Virus record (IMG/VR): IMGVR_UViG_3300035502_000313
Coordinates: 1-64,000 of that record
Reading direction: 5' to 3' (one strand)
DNA length: 64,000 nucleotides
Source: a virus
Taxonomy: Duplodnaviria > Caudoviricetes
The notes below the pieces were generated by a model that saw nothing but the letters and a program-made list of their open reading frames with translations, was not told the origin of the DNA and did not search any database. Positions 19,985 to 30,253 of the stretch are shown here, piece by piece (within the stretch, counting starts at the first letter, position 1; the number at the start of each line of letters is the position of its first letter). A program made the translations under genes and the position numbers.

Positions 19985-20044
19985 ATAGGATAGAGTAAAA
20001 CTCTTATAAAGATTCAACGTCCTATCGGAGGTATATTATGTTTA
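19985..20044 (+). repeat. 60-bp early-leader repeat, copy 1
   Basis: Identical to reverse complement of 63716-63775. Confidence 0.95.
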
Positions 20045-20358
20045 GAGAAGCTTATAACGAGTACAAAGAATGTGCAAAAGAAGAAACTAGAAAAAGGGAA
20101 AAGATTATTCATGATTCAGAAACCGAAATAAAAGCAATTCACTCAAGTTATGAAGAAAAAATGAAGCAAATTGAAAGAGATCATAAAAAACGAATAGCAG
20201 AAATGGAAATAGAACATGAAGAAAAAATGAAAAAGATCGATTCTATCAATAGTTCAATCAAGGCAGAACTTGAAAGAGCAAAAGCTAGTCATGATTTTTC
20301 CAAGGTTTTAGAAATCATGACAAAACAACTCAACATGATTAAAAATGGAGAAATATGA
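20038..20358 (+). CDS. Early coiled-coil hypothetical protein
   Basis: 106 aa E/K-rich; GGAGG RBS; bidirectional terminator 20360-20392. Confidence 0.7.
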   Translation: MFREAYNEYKECAKEETRKREKIIHDSETEIKAIHSSYEEKMKQIERDHKKRIAEMEIEHEEKMKKIDSINSSIKAELERAKASHDFSKVLEIMTKQLNMIKNGEI

Positions 20359-20391
20359 AATAAAGGCGGGAAATTAATCCCGCCTTTATTT

Positions 20392-23300
20392 TTACTTAAA
20401 ATCATGTCTTATTGTGTATTCTTGTTTAATTCCCATTATATCTTTTATTTGTCTGTCTAGTTCTACTAATCCTTTACCGGCAAGTGTATACTGTAATGGA
20501 GCACAACACATACGTTTATCAAAAGATACCATAGAAGCAATAGCATCAATAGGTTCATCTGGTCTATATGAAGAAGTAGGTTCTTGTCCTGCAGGAACAA
20601 CCTCTTTAGCTACACCCTTTTGAGCACCTAAGAAAATTAACTTATCACCAACAGAGAAGTCATCTTTATAAGATACATAGAATTCAATTAATACACCATC
20701 TTCTATATTCTTTAGTTTACCGTCTTGTGGAAGTTTCTGAGCAGTATATTGTTTAGCAAGATTGTCATTATATTTAGAAATCTGTTTTGCTTTAGCATTC
20801 TTTTTTCTTTCATACTCGGTAACAATCTTCTTTAGAGATGGTGACATATCTTCTAAATCACATGTACGATATATAGATATCTCTTCTACTATGCCTGTAT
20901 TATTTGATTTAATAGGAATACGTCCTAATGAAGTAACTGTATCTTCATCATCAACAAGATTCTTTAGAAGAACGTTTACATCATTATCTTCAAATGTATT
21001 CTGTATAATAAGTAATGGATCACCTTCTTGTACAGAATCTCCAACACTTACCATATTAAATACGTTAGTATTCTTAGATAATGTAACAGGTACTTCCATA
21101 ATTACATTAGATGACAATGCATCTGAAATATAACTAGAAACAATACAAGAATCTTCAAATCCCTTATCAGATGTAATGATAGCTATCTTAGCTAATGTAC
21201 CCTGATTATAAGTGGCACTATCGTCATATCCACAATTTACTGTATATGACATAGGATCATAAGCAATTAACTGACCTTTCTTAACTTTAGTGCCAAGATT
21301 CTTTGCTGGAGATAACTTAATAGATGTATAGAAACCACCATCAGAGTTCTTATATACTTTATTATTAAGGTCTACAAAATCAACACTACCATCATCATAC
21401 TGTACTACTATATGATCATCATCTCTTTCAATTATTCTTCCATCTTTCTTAGCATTAAATGAGAAATAGTCTGGAGTAAATGTAGATAAAGCATCATCCA
21501 TACCATTTGTAATAAGCAATGGGTCACCACCAGCAACTCTCATATCATGCTTTGTTCTCTGTACATACGACATTGCAAGACGGAATGGGTCATCATGAGT
21601 TGTACACATTGGAGTCAAGTTCTCTGCTGTAGTCATTGTATTAACATCATTCATATTCTTTTTTGTATTAGAATTATCAGAGATATATCCACGTTTACCA
21701 CTGATATTAGAGTTCGTTGTAACAACACGGCTAACGCCAACAGTACCAGCAAAACCTGTAGACATTCCAATTATGTTTGTCATAGATTCATCATAAGTAC
21801 GTTTTTCAAGAGAATAAGAACGATCACTATTAAGACCAGACAATCCTTTAAATGATACAGTATTATTTGCTTCAGCATACCATAAGTCATTAATTGTGGA
21901 TGCATCTGATGCTGTACTATCTGCCATAATAGCATCTAGAATAGCAGATTGTTTTATTGTCATTGTAGCCTTACCAGTTTTCTTAAGCTTTGTTCTATAA
22001 TCAGCATAAGATCTAGAAAGTTCTTTGTATGCATAACCAGCAATGATTTCATTAGTTCTAAATCTATTACCAGAGATATCTGTATGTTTATTAAACTTTG
22101 TATCAGATAATAGATTGGATGCATATATTAAACCATCACAGAATTCATCTGGTAAATCATATACTTTACATACACGTTTAGTTATTGGATCAAACAACAA
22201 GTCATAGAAGTTGTCTAAACCATCAGCTTTGATTCTACCACCAAAATGGTCTAACATTTCAGTCCACATTGTTTTTGTATTAATCTCTTTAATAGAGTAA
22301 TCTTCTGTATTACATTCTTTAAGACCATTCATAAACATAGATGAATTGTAATCAATCTTATACGTAATAAATCCATCCTTAAACTTAATTATATCATATT
22401 GTGTTAAATCAAGTTTTGTAGGACGTTTATCAGTAATCTCATAAGATATTCCTGCTTTATTGATAGTCTTAATAAGTCCTTCACAATAAGAGCATATTAC
22501 AATTACAGGAATCTTTGTATTAAGAATAGAAGCTTGAGAATAAGCATACTTTACAGAAGGTTTAGCTTCATCGAATAAAGTAGCAAACTCTGTATCTTCA
22601 CATAACTTCTCAGCAATGATAGCTGTACATAATTTAGAACCATCACTATATATAATATTACTTCCATCATATCCTATAGGAAGTCCTTTAGACATGTCTA
22701 TTTTATCAGGATATTGTTCTCTTATCTTATCCTGATCAAAATAGAATGTAGTATTCTTATATTTAATATATGAGAAATTCTTTCCTAAATCAGCATAGTC
22801 TATAGGAATTTCATACTTAAGAGCAGTAATTGCATTATTACCTGTCATATAAGTAATAGATTTTCCAGTATATTTAGATATAGCTTTTACTATCTTACCA
22901 GCAATTACATTAGACTTTCCTAAAGCACTACCAAATGTATAGAAGAATATCTTATTATAGTTTGTAGTAATCTGAGCTGTATCAAACTCTGTCTTAATGA
23001 TAGGAAGATTCATAAGCTGTGCATTGATAGTTTTATCATTACCTTTGATTCTCATAAAACGATTATTCTTTAACTTAGGAATATCAAACTTAAGTTGGAA
23101 TCTAGTACCACTAATATCTTCACACTGTACAGTCCATGTTTCTTTTAAATCTTCTGATGTTGTAGTGTCTTCTACATCAACACTTCTGATACCTACTGGA
23201 ACTGTTCTTGTAGAGAAGAAGTCAAGAATAGCCATAATGTCTTCATCTACATCATATTCTTCATTAAAGTTTATATACTGTAGATTATCCCATTGATCAT

Positions 23301-25602
23301 TATTAATACTATTGATATTAGCAGATGATACTGGTAACGGTTCATTCTTATCATCACTAGAATTTTCAAGCATCTCTTTTACAGATTTACCCTTGACTTG
23401 TTTCTTCTTAAGATCATCACTAAGAGAATTAATTCTTGCTTTACGAGTTGCAGATGCTTTAATCTCTGTAGATTCTTCATCAGATATATCTTTAATAAGA
23501 TTAGCTACATAATCATCATTATCAAGCTTATCTAATGCTTCATCTGTAGAAGTAGATGTTGCTGCAGCATCTTTAATTTTTTCAACAAGTTCTTCCTTCT
23601 TCTTATCTGTGATCTCTTTAGATACTTCTTTTTCAGTCTTAGGATTGTTATTTTTATCATTAACTGTTACTTTCTTATTAGTAGTAGTTTTAGGCTTGGG
23701 TTTCTCTGCAGTCTTACTAGCTTTAGGAGTATCTTCCTCATCATCAGGATTATTCTTAGCTAGTAAACCAGCCTTTCCTAAAGCACTATATAATTCAACT
23801 TTCTGAGACTTTTCAATCTTATCTACAATATCTGTAACAATTGCATCAGGAGTATCTTGAATCATTTCATCATCTGTAGGTACAATTCTATTAAAGATAT
23901 TATTAATATTAGATATGAATTTCTGAAGCTGATTCTTCTTAAAGGTAGAGAAATTAATCTTGAAATATGAATTAGAACCAAAGAAAAATACATCACAATC
24001 TCCGAATATTTTCTTTAGTTGTTCAAAATTATTTCTCTTAACTAGACGTATTATGAGGCTTACAGGATTCAATGATTTTGTATAATCAAATACATTTACA
24101 TTTTCTTGGTAGTAATCTAATACTGGAATAAAAATTGTTTTAACGTCATATGCTTTGTCTAGTTCTTTATTATTAAGAAAACGACGTAATGTCTCTGTAT
24201 ATATTCTAAGACCTTGTTCACCCATCTTATTATTATTTTCGATAAACAATCTGTTATAATAAGATATATCAAAGAATAGGTTTAATCCTTTATACATAGA
24301 TACATTTACTTTTGTATATTTAATAGTGGGACACTGAGACTTAACAACTTTATATACATCGAACAAATCTTTCTGAGTTTTGATTCTTTCGTTATACATA
24401 TATTTTCTAAGTCTATTGTCTACAGCATCTTCAGTAAATATCTCATCACCAAAGAAGAACGCTCTATCATCAAATCTAAATCCTTCAGAAGTAGAAGTTT
24501 CTGGAACTATTGCTTTAGAATCTTCTTCTTTCTTTGCTTCCATATTAACATATACTACAGGATAAGGATATTTCTCAGTTTTCTTACCAATAAAATGTAA
24601 AGCAAGTGCTCTATCAAAGAAATTTCCATCTTGAATTAAAGAAGTCTTTATTCTCTTGATCAATACTTTATCTCTATTAATAGAATATACTGGAACAACT
24701 CTTACTTTAAGTTGATTATTTAACATCCAGTCTCTATATGAGTAAATTAGAAATTTTGTGATTTCTTCTTTCTCATCCTCGTCATCAAAATAATCATCAT
24801 CAAGATATACTCCGAATTCATTACCACTAACAAAGTCTTTATAACCAACACCAAATCCAGCAAGATTATCGTTAGCATCATAACACTTTACTAAGTAATT
24901 AGCATTCTTAAACATATCGGATACATTCTTATAATCTCTCATATCCTTAACAAGTTTTTGACATTCTTTAGATTCCTTCTTTATATCATCTTTTCTAAAG
25001 TAAGCAAATCTATAATCTGTCATTAACTCTATAGGAATTCTACCAGAAGTATTTACAGAAGCTTCTTTGAAAGATCTATAATACTTAGAGAATTTATTAT
25101 TCTCACCAACTTCAATATCAGTAATTTCAAACTCTTTTAGTTTCTTCATGATATTTTTAGCAAGGGTCTTTTCATCTTCTTTAGGGCAATGATTGAACAT
25201 TTTGATTGCTTGTCTTACATGTTCTTCATCATTAATAGGATATGATCTTGTTCTAGGAATACCAAAATCACTATCAGATAATGATTTTCTATCCTTAGAA
25301 GATAACTTAGCTTCATTGGTAAAAGCTTTAACAGTTTCATCTTCATACTGTACAAACTCTTGTATTTCACCAGTATCTGCTTTAATAATAGCATTAATAG
25401 ATTTATCAATATAATATGATTTAAACCAGTTACGATTTATAATCATATTACTATTAATCATATCTATAGAAGATGATATGTCTGGAGTTAATAGATATAT
25501 AAGACTCCCATGCTTATTATCATCTTGATTTAAAGGTACAAATAATTTATTAGATCCTTTATACATCCTTAAATTTTTCATATCTTTAATGTGTATAGCC
25601 AT
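20392..25602 (-). CDS. Virion RNA polymerase beta subunit (large part) with N-terminal accessory domains
   Basis: DDPFRLAMSYVQ, GFEDSCIVS, VGDKLIFLGAQKGV, PIDAIASMVSFDKRM match RNAP beta motifs; late promoter 25628-25640. Confidence 0.85.
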   Translation of the reverse strand: MAIHIKDMKNLRMYKGSNKLFVPLNQDDNKHGSLIYLLTPDISSSIDMINSNMIINRNWFKSYYIDKSINAIIKADTGEIQEFVQYEDETVKAFTNEAKLSSKDRKSLSDSDFGIPRTRSYPINDEEHVRQAIKMFNHCPKEDEKTLAKNIMKKLKEFEITDIEVGENNKFSKYYRSFKEASVNTSGRIPIELMTDYRFAYFRKDDIKKESKECQKLVKDMRDYKNVSDMFKNANYLVKCYDANDNLAGFGVGYKDFVSGNEFGVYLDDDYFDDEDEKEEITKFLIYSYRDWMLNNQLKVRVVPVYSINRDKVLIKRIKTSLIQDGNFFDRALALHFIGKKTEKYPYPVVYVNMEAKKEEDSKAIVPETSTSEGFRFDDRAFFFGDEIFTEDAVDNRLRKYMYNERIKTQKDLFDVYKVVKSQCPTIKYTKVNVSMYKGLNLFFDISYYNRLFIENNNKMGEQGLRIYTETLRRFLNNKELDKAYDVKTIFIPVLDYYQENVNVFDYTKSLNPVSLIIRLVKRNNFEQLKKIFGDCDVFFFGSNSYFKINFSTFKKNQLQKFISNINNIFNRIVPTDDEMIQDTPDAIVTDIVDKIEKSQKVELYSALGKAGLLAKNNPDDEEDTPKASKTAEKPKPKTTTNKKVTVNDKNNNPKTEKEVSKEITDKKKEELVEKIKDAAATSTSTDEALDKLDNDDYVANLIKDISDEESTEIKASATRKARINSLSDDLKKKQVKGKSVKEMLENSSDDKNEPLPVSSANINSINNDQWDNLQYINFNEEYDVDEDIMAILDFFSTRTVPVGIRSVDVEDTTTSEDLKETWTVQCEDISGTRFQLKFDIPKLKNNRFMRIKGNDKTINAQLMNLPIIKTEFDTAQITTNYNKIFFYTFGSALGKSNVIAGKIVKAISKYTGKSITYMTGNNAITALKYEIPIDYADLGKNFSYIKYKNTTFYFDQDKIREQYPDKIDMSKGLPIGYDGSNIIYSDGSKLCTAIIAEKLCEDTEFATLFDEAKPSVKYAYSQASILNTKIPVIVICSYCEGLIKTINKAGISYEITDKRPTKLDLTQYDIIKFKDGFITYKIDYNSSMFMNGLKECNTEDYSIKEINTKTMWTEMLDHFGGRIKADGLDNFYDLLFDPITKRVCKVYDLPDEFCDGLIYASNLLSDTKFNKHTDISGNRFRTNEIIAGYAYKELSRSYADYRTKLKKTGKATMTIKQSAILDAIMADSTASDASTINDLWYAEANNTVSFKGLSGLNSDRSYSLEKRTYDESMTNIIGMSTGFAGTVGVSRVVTTNSNISGKRGYISDNSNTKKNMNDVNTMTTAENLTPMCTTHDDPFRLAMSYVQRTKHDMRVAGGDPLLITNGMDDALSTFTPDYFSFNAKKDGRIIERDDDHIVVQYDDGSVDFVDLNNKVYKNSDGGFYTSIKLSPAKNLGTKVKKGQLIAYDPMSYTVNCGYDDSATYNQGTLAKIAIITSDKGFEDSCIVSSYISDALSSNVIMEVPVTLSKNTNVFNMVSVGDSVQEGDPLLIIQNTFEDNDVNVLLKNLVDDEDTVTSLGRIPIKSNNTGIVEEISIYRTCDLEDMSPSLKKIVTEYERKKNAKAKQISKYNDNLAKQYTAQKLPQDGKLKNIEDGVLIEFYVSYKDDFSVGDKLIFLGAQKGVAKEVVPAGQEPTSSYRPDEPIDAIASMVSFDKRMCCAPLQYTLAGKGLVELDRQIKDIMGIKQEYTIRHDFK

Positions 25603-25784
25603 ATTAATATACTCCTTTCATGTGATTTTATAAGAATGTTTTTGACATCCATTTAAAATGTAATTATACAATAACATGTTTATATATTATATTAGTGATA
25701 GTCAGAGAGGCTATCCTAGAGTAATAACGGTTATTACTCTAGAACACAATTCAGACAGAAGACGTACTTGAGGAGGTACACACA

Positions 25785-26351
25785 ATGACAAACTATGACA
25801 ACATATTCAACCCTAATTTTATCGATGCTTCTAGCATCGATGTCTCTGTAGAAGAGACAACATCTAAGGAAACTGCAATCAATATGGAAGTTTCCGAGGA
25901 TACTAATATAGTAAAGAAAAGGAGAAAAGAAAAAGCATTTTCAGTATTTAAAGATGTTATTATCTTTTTATTAATAATAACATCTTTGATGTTCGCCATT
26001 AAATGGTGGACTACTAGCAGTGAAGCTAACTCAGTAATAACTGAGAATTTGGTTGCAAGGCATTATGCAACTAAGTCGGCATTTTTGGGGTATGAATTTA
26101 CCCCAGAATTAAAAGAAGCCATAGAGAAGAAGGAGATAGATCTCTATGGTATTAACGTCGCTTCTCCTTCTGGGGGGAGTGACAGATACTTCATTGAAAC
26201 AAATGAGGCTGTGCCAGGAACAGCCTCAAAATTAAAGATTACAAAGGCTGAGTACATCTACTATTCAGAGGAGTATATTGAAGAGTACTTTGCCCCTGGA
26301 TATACTCCGTCGCTTGATGGATATTGGTTAGTCACAATAGACTTAGCCTAA
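25785..26351 (+). CDS. Early single-pass membrane protein
   Basis: Basic patch followed by TM VIIFLLIITSLMFAI; early promoter 25680-25695, hairpin leader, terminator 26377-26412. Confidence 0.7.
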   Translation: MTNYDNIFNPNFIDASSIDVSVEETTSKETAINMEVSEDTNIVKKRRKEKAFSVFKDVIIFLLIITSLMFAIKWWTTSSEANSVITENLVARHYATKSAFLGYEFTPELKEAIEKKEIDLYGINVASPSGGSDRYFIETNEAVPGTASKLKITKAEYIYYSEEYIEEYFAPGYTPSLDGYWLVTIDLA

Positions 26352-26411
26352 AACCTATCGGAATAGATGTGAGATTAACGGGGGTGCTTGATTGGCACCC
26401 CCGTTATTTTT

Positions 26412-29057
26412 TTATTTATAAGACCAAATTATATTACCTACTGTTACAACATCGTTTTCATTTTTTAGTAAGATTACATCACATTCATTCATTGGAATTT
26501 CAGAATTATGACTAATCAGAACACACTGAGATGACTTTACTAATGACATAAGTTGTGTAAGGATATTAATAAACTCACGTCTATTTTCAGAATCAAACGG
26601 AGCATCAATCTCATCACCAACAATTATATTCAGTTTAGTAGATGTCTGACTAAGGAGTGATATTGAAATAATCATGGATATCAATGCTATCTGAGCAGAT
26701 GACATACTAGTAATATCATCGTGATTTATACCACCATTTACAGCAACAGGAATTCTAAATTCAGATTCTGTAATTACTAATGGTAACAAAGCAAAAGTAC
26801 CATTAAAGAGTTTACTAAGAATATTATTAGCACTCTCCATAATCTTATTAAGATATATATTTACAAATAGTAACTGTATACCTGTTGTAGGAGAACAGTA
26901 ATATTTCAATGTTTCTATCTTAGAATAAGCCATATTATATTCTTCATATTCTCTATTGTATTCAGTACTAAGAGTAATCTTATATCTGATTTGTTCAGCT
27001 CTCTTTCTTAACGGTTCTAATTGTGTTTTTAGCTCAGAGATATTAACTGTAAGCTTTTCTATATCTGAATTGAGTTTCTCTATCTTATCTATACTAGATT
27101 TGTCTTTATCTATTTCTTCATCAAGTATTCTAAGGGATTCTTCACACTCATTCAAATCAACTCTAAGATTGTATATATTAGTAAGATTATTAAACAGATT
27201 AGTCATATCATTAAATCTCTTTGTTTCTTCTAAGATTTGGTCATTGATTCTATTGATTTCTTTTGTATCTTCATCAATTTGAATATTGAGTTTGTCTATA
27301 CTGGATGTAATCATATTAATCAAATCTCTTTGACTAGATAATGAACGGAACTTACTATCTATCTCTATTAAGTCACTCTCTAAAGATTTGTATTCAGTTA
27401 AGTCATTAGAATAATCTATAAGATTATTTAATATAGAAAGTATCTCACCAAGTCTAGATTTAAGAGTCAATACACACTCATCATAACTGTCAAGTCCTAA
27501 ATTAAGCTTTCTCAATATTATACGATTAGCATTGTATAATGTGATGAGTTGTTTATTCTTATCTATATTATCAAGAATACTTTCAAGTTCAGACTTTCTA
27601 TTATAAAGCATAGTAACTGAATTCTTACTGTTCTTTCTTTTTTCTGCAAATTCATCAAGAATAGCTTTAGCATGTAATGCATCTGCAATAAAAGGACAAG
27701 TATCATCTTTACATCCAGAAGGTCTTTGATTAAGAATATCTAATTTATATTCATGAACTTCCATAGAGTTTCTAAATGATACTATATCTTCTATATCATT
27801 ATCTATCTGATTCATTTCATTCATACTAGAAAGATATAAAGAATTAACTTCACTCTCTGGGATAATAGAAGATATATGAACAACAATCTCAGACATAGAG
27901 TTTATTATATCATAAGCTATTAAGAATTCGTCATGAGTAATTGTTTTAAGGTCAACTATTCCACCCCAACGATCTTCTATTTCATGTTTACTACTACTAA
28001 GTCTCGCCTTTATATTCTCCATCTCTACAATAGAAACTCCAGAATTAACAGACTGTAACTTAGCAGTTTCATCCTCTAATCTAGATGCTTCTTTCTCTCT
28101 AGATTGAATCAATGTTTCTATCTTACTATTAAGAGACTTTATACTATATTCTATATTAATCATATCGCTATTAAGCTTATCTAATATCTCTTGAGTAATC
28201 AATATAGTAGTAAGCTTTGGATTAGAAGAATAGAATGAATTTAACTTTTTAGAACACTCATTCTTCTTAGAATTATATTCATTTCTTCTATCAGTGAATG
28301 ATTGAATACGAGTACCTATCTGATTATCTGGGTCTATAGAAAGTAGCATACCCTTCTCTTTATTGATTACTTCAGAATACTGTTCAATCAATTCTTCAGC
28401 TTCAGATATCTTTGACTCGATAGATTTAAGCTCTTCTTCTAATTGAGTTATATTACCAACACTATCAATCTTAGATGTAATATTTGTCATAAGAGATTTA
28501 TAATGTGAAGCTCTCTTAGAAAGATTCTTATACATTGTATTATATACATCAGTAGAAGAAAGTATATTATTTACAAAACGTTTTCTATCAGCAGGTTTTA
28601 AATCTGCGATACCACGCTTTGTACTAGACAACTGAGTAAGAGCAATATAATTAGAATCAAGTTCAAGTTCTTCCCCAACCATTTCTTTACAACTAGTTAT
28701 ATTACCAGATGAATTAAGGTCAACTACATTCCCATCTGGAAATATCTTATAGAAATAACCTTTAGAAGTTCTAGTATTGCTTTTGTATTCATGAATATAT
28801 TTAATAGAATAAGTGATACCTGTAATTTCATCATAGTATTCAATCTCTTTACAAGCATTCTTTCCTACAATAAAAGATGTGTTATCATCGGGTAATGGTT
28901 TTAAAGAACTTTCTATAGTACTCTTACCAGAACCATTATCACCTTTAATTAAAACTATTCTATTTCTACATTTAGTGAAATCTATTTCAATTTCGTAAAG
29001 TCCAAGACCATTATATATACCACCATAATTTACAAGCTTTAAACGTTTTAATAGCAT
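26412..29057 (-). CDS. sbcC: SbcC/Rad50-like SMC ATPase
   Basis: GDNGSGKST, long coiled coils, CKDDTCPF hook, MSSAQ signature, DEID Walker B, LISH. Confidence 0.9.
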   Translation of the reverse strand: MLLKRLKLVNYGGIYNGLGLYEIEIDFTKCRNRIVLIKGDNGSGKSTIESSLKPLPDDNTSFIVGKNACKEIEYYDEITGITYSIKYIHEYKSNTRTSKGYFYKIFPDGNVVDLNSSGNITSCKEMVGEELELDSNYIALTQLSSTKRGIADLKPADRKRFVNNILSSTDVYNTMYKNLSKRASHYKSLMTNITSKIDSVGNITQLEEELKSIESKISEAEELIEQYSEVINKEKGMLLSIDPDNQIGTRIQSFTDRRNEYNSKKNECSKKLNSFYSSNPKLTTILITQEILDKLNSDMINIEYSIKSLNSKIETLIQSREKEASRLEDETAKLQSVNSGVSIVEMENIKARLSSSKHEIEDRWGGIVDLKTITHDEFLIAYDIINSMSEIVVHISSIIPESEVNSLYLSSMNEMNQIDNDIEDIVSFRNSMEVHEYKLDILNQRPSGCKDDTCPFIADALHAKAILDEFAEKRKNSKNSVTMLYNRKSELESILDNIDKNKQLITLYNANRIILRKLNLGLDSYDECVLTLKSRLGEILSILNNLIDYSNDLTEYKSLESDLIEIDSKFRSLSSQRDLINMITSSIDKLNIQIDEDTKEINRINDQILEETKRFNDMTNLFNNLTNIYNLRVDLNECEESLRILDEEIDKDKSSIDKIEKLNSDIEKLTVNISELKTQLEPLRKRAEQIRYKITLSTEYNREYEEYNMAYSKIETLKYYCSPTTGIQLLFVNIYLNKIMESANNILSKLFNGTFALLPLVITESEFRIPVAVNGGINHDDITSMSSAQIALISMIISISLLSQTSTKLNIIVGDEIDAPFDSENRREFINILTQLMSLVKSSQCVLISHNSEIPMNECDVILLKNENDVVTVGNIIWSYK

Positions 29058-29201
29058 CGTAATTCCTCCTCATTGCGTACGCTGATGTTTATATATAAGT
29101 TTTGACACATATAATTTTTGAGTAAAAGAAGGATCGTAGAGTTGTACCTCTACGATCAATCCCTATATAGATACATTTAGTATAAAAAAGAAGAGAGATA
29201 T

Positions 29202-29278
29202 TGGTAGGGCTGGCGAGGATTGAACTCGCAACCTTCCCCTTATAAGGAGGATGCTCTAACCAGTTGAGCTACAACCCC
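29202..29278 (-). tRNA. tRNA-Ile(TAT)
   Basis: GGGGTTG...TCCTC-CTTATAA-GGGGA...CAGCCCTACCA. Confidence 0.9.
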
Positions 29279-29283
29279 ATATA

Positions 29284-29360
29284 TGGTCGGGATGACAGGA
29301 CTTGAACCTGCGGCATCTTGCTCCCAAAGCAAGCACTCTACCAAACTGAGCTACATCCCG
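29284..29360 (-). tRNA. tRNA-Pro(TGG)
   Basis: CGGGATG...CTTGC-TTTGGGA-GCAAG...CATCCCGACCA. Confidence 0.95.
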
Positions 29361-29368
29361 AAAGATAA

Positions 29369-29497
29369 AAGAGTATTATTGGTACTATTAAATACTAACA
29401 GCTTACTGTTCATGATCAATAAAATATTAGTAACCGTATAGACTATCCATGCAATAGTCACGTGCACTCTTTACGTATAGAAACCAAGAATACTCTT
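29369..29497 (-). ncRNA. Candidate ~130-nt multibranch structured RNA
   Basis: Closing stem AAGAGTATT/AATACTCTT with three internal hairpins; inside tRNA transcript. Confidence 0.4.
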
Positions 29498-29673
29498 ATG
29501 GTGCTCAATTCAGGTAGTTACCCTTCATTGAACATTTCGAGAGAGAATAGGTCAGTTCTATTCTCTCTCATAATAAAAAAGTAGGAGGTCGTTAGCTTCA
29601 CACCAATTCTGAAACTAACAAAAGTGTCAACAGCAGGGTTAATGCCTGTGACTTTTATATAAAAACTCTAATA

Positions 29674-30045
29674 TCAAAGTCTTGTGCAGATTTCTTCGAT
29701 ATGAGAATTTGTCTTAGATACATTTCTTTCAGTTCTTGCAAGAGCAGCGGTTGTATCTTCAATCAACTTTGTAGCTTCTTTTAGAACTAGTTTCTGACAC
29801 GCTCTAATATATTTATAATAAGAACGTTCCATCTTACCTTCAGCAATACGAGTTGCTTCAACTTTGTTATCAGCATCTCCATCTTTAAGTACTGCTTTGC
29901 CTTCGAAAATTACAGTTTCAGTAAAGAACTTAGAATGGTTATCTCGATCTCTACCCTTAAAACTGTCAGAGTTAATCTTTGCAAAAACACGGATACTTCT
30001 GTCTTCAGTAACTACTGTCTTGTTTTCTTCAAGAACTTTAATCAT
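29674..30045 (-). CDS. Hypothetical protein
   Basis: 123 aa, AAGGAA RBS, lies within tRNA cluster. Confidence 0.65.
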   Translation of the reverse strand: MIKVLEENKTVVTEDRSIRVFAKINSDSFKGRDRDNHSKFFTETVIFEGKAVLKDGDADNKVEATRIAEGKMERSYYKYIRACQKLVLKEATKLIEDTTAALARTERNVSKTNSHIEEICTRL

Positions 30046-30081
30046 TGTTTTTCTTTCCTTTCATAATGTATATTTTTGAGA

Positions 30082-30157
30082 TGGTGAGACATAAGGGATT
30101 TGAACCCTTGACTCTCACATTAAAAGTGTGATACTCTACCAACTGAGTTAATGTCTC
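30082..30157 (-). tRNA. tRNA-Lys(TTT)
   Basis: GAGACAT...TCACA-CTTTTAA-TGTGA...ATGTCTCACCA; late promoter 30168-30180. Confidence 0.95.
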
Positions 30158-30253
30158 TCATTAATAGATTACTTATATGTTTGTGTGTTAATAAAAAACA
30201 AATGATATTTAGCACTGGAACATAATCCCAGTGCTTATATCATTCTATAAAAA

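Noticed and set aside
19985-20037. Self-cleaving ribozyme in the early leader repeat
   Set aside because: No hammerhead CUGANGA/GAAA core or other ribozyme consensus recognised
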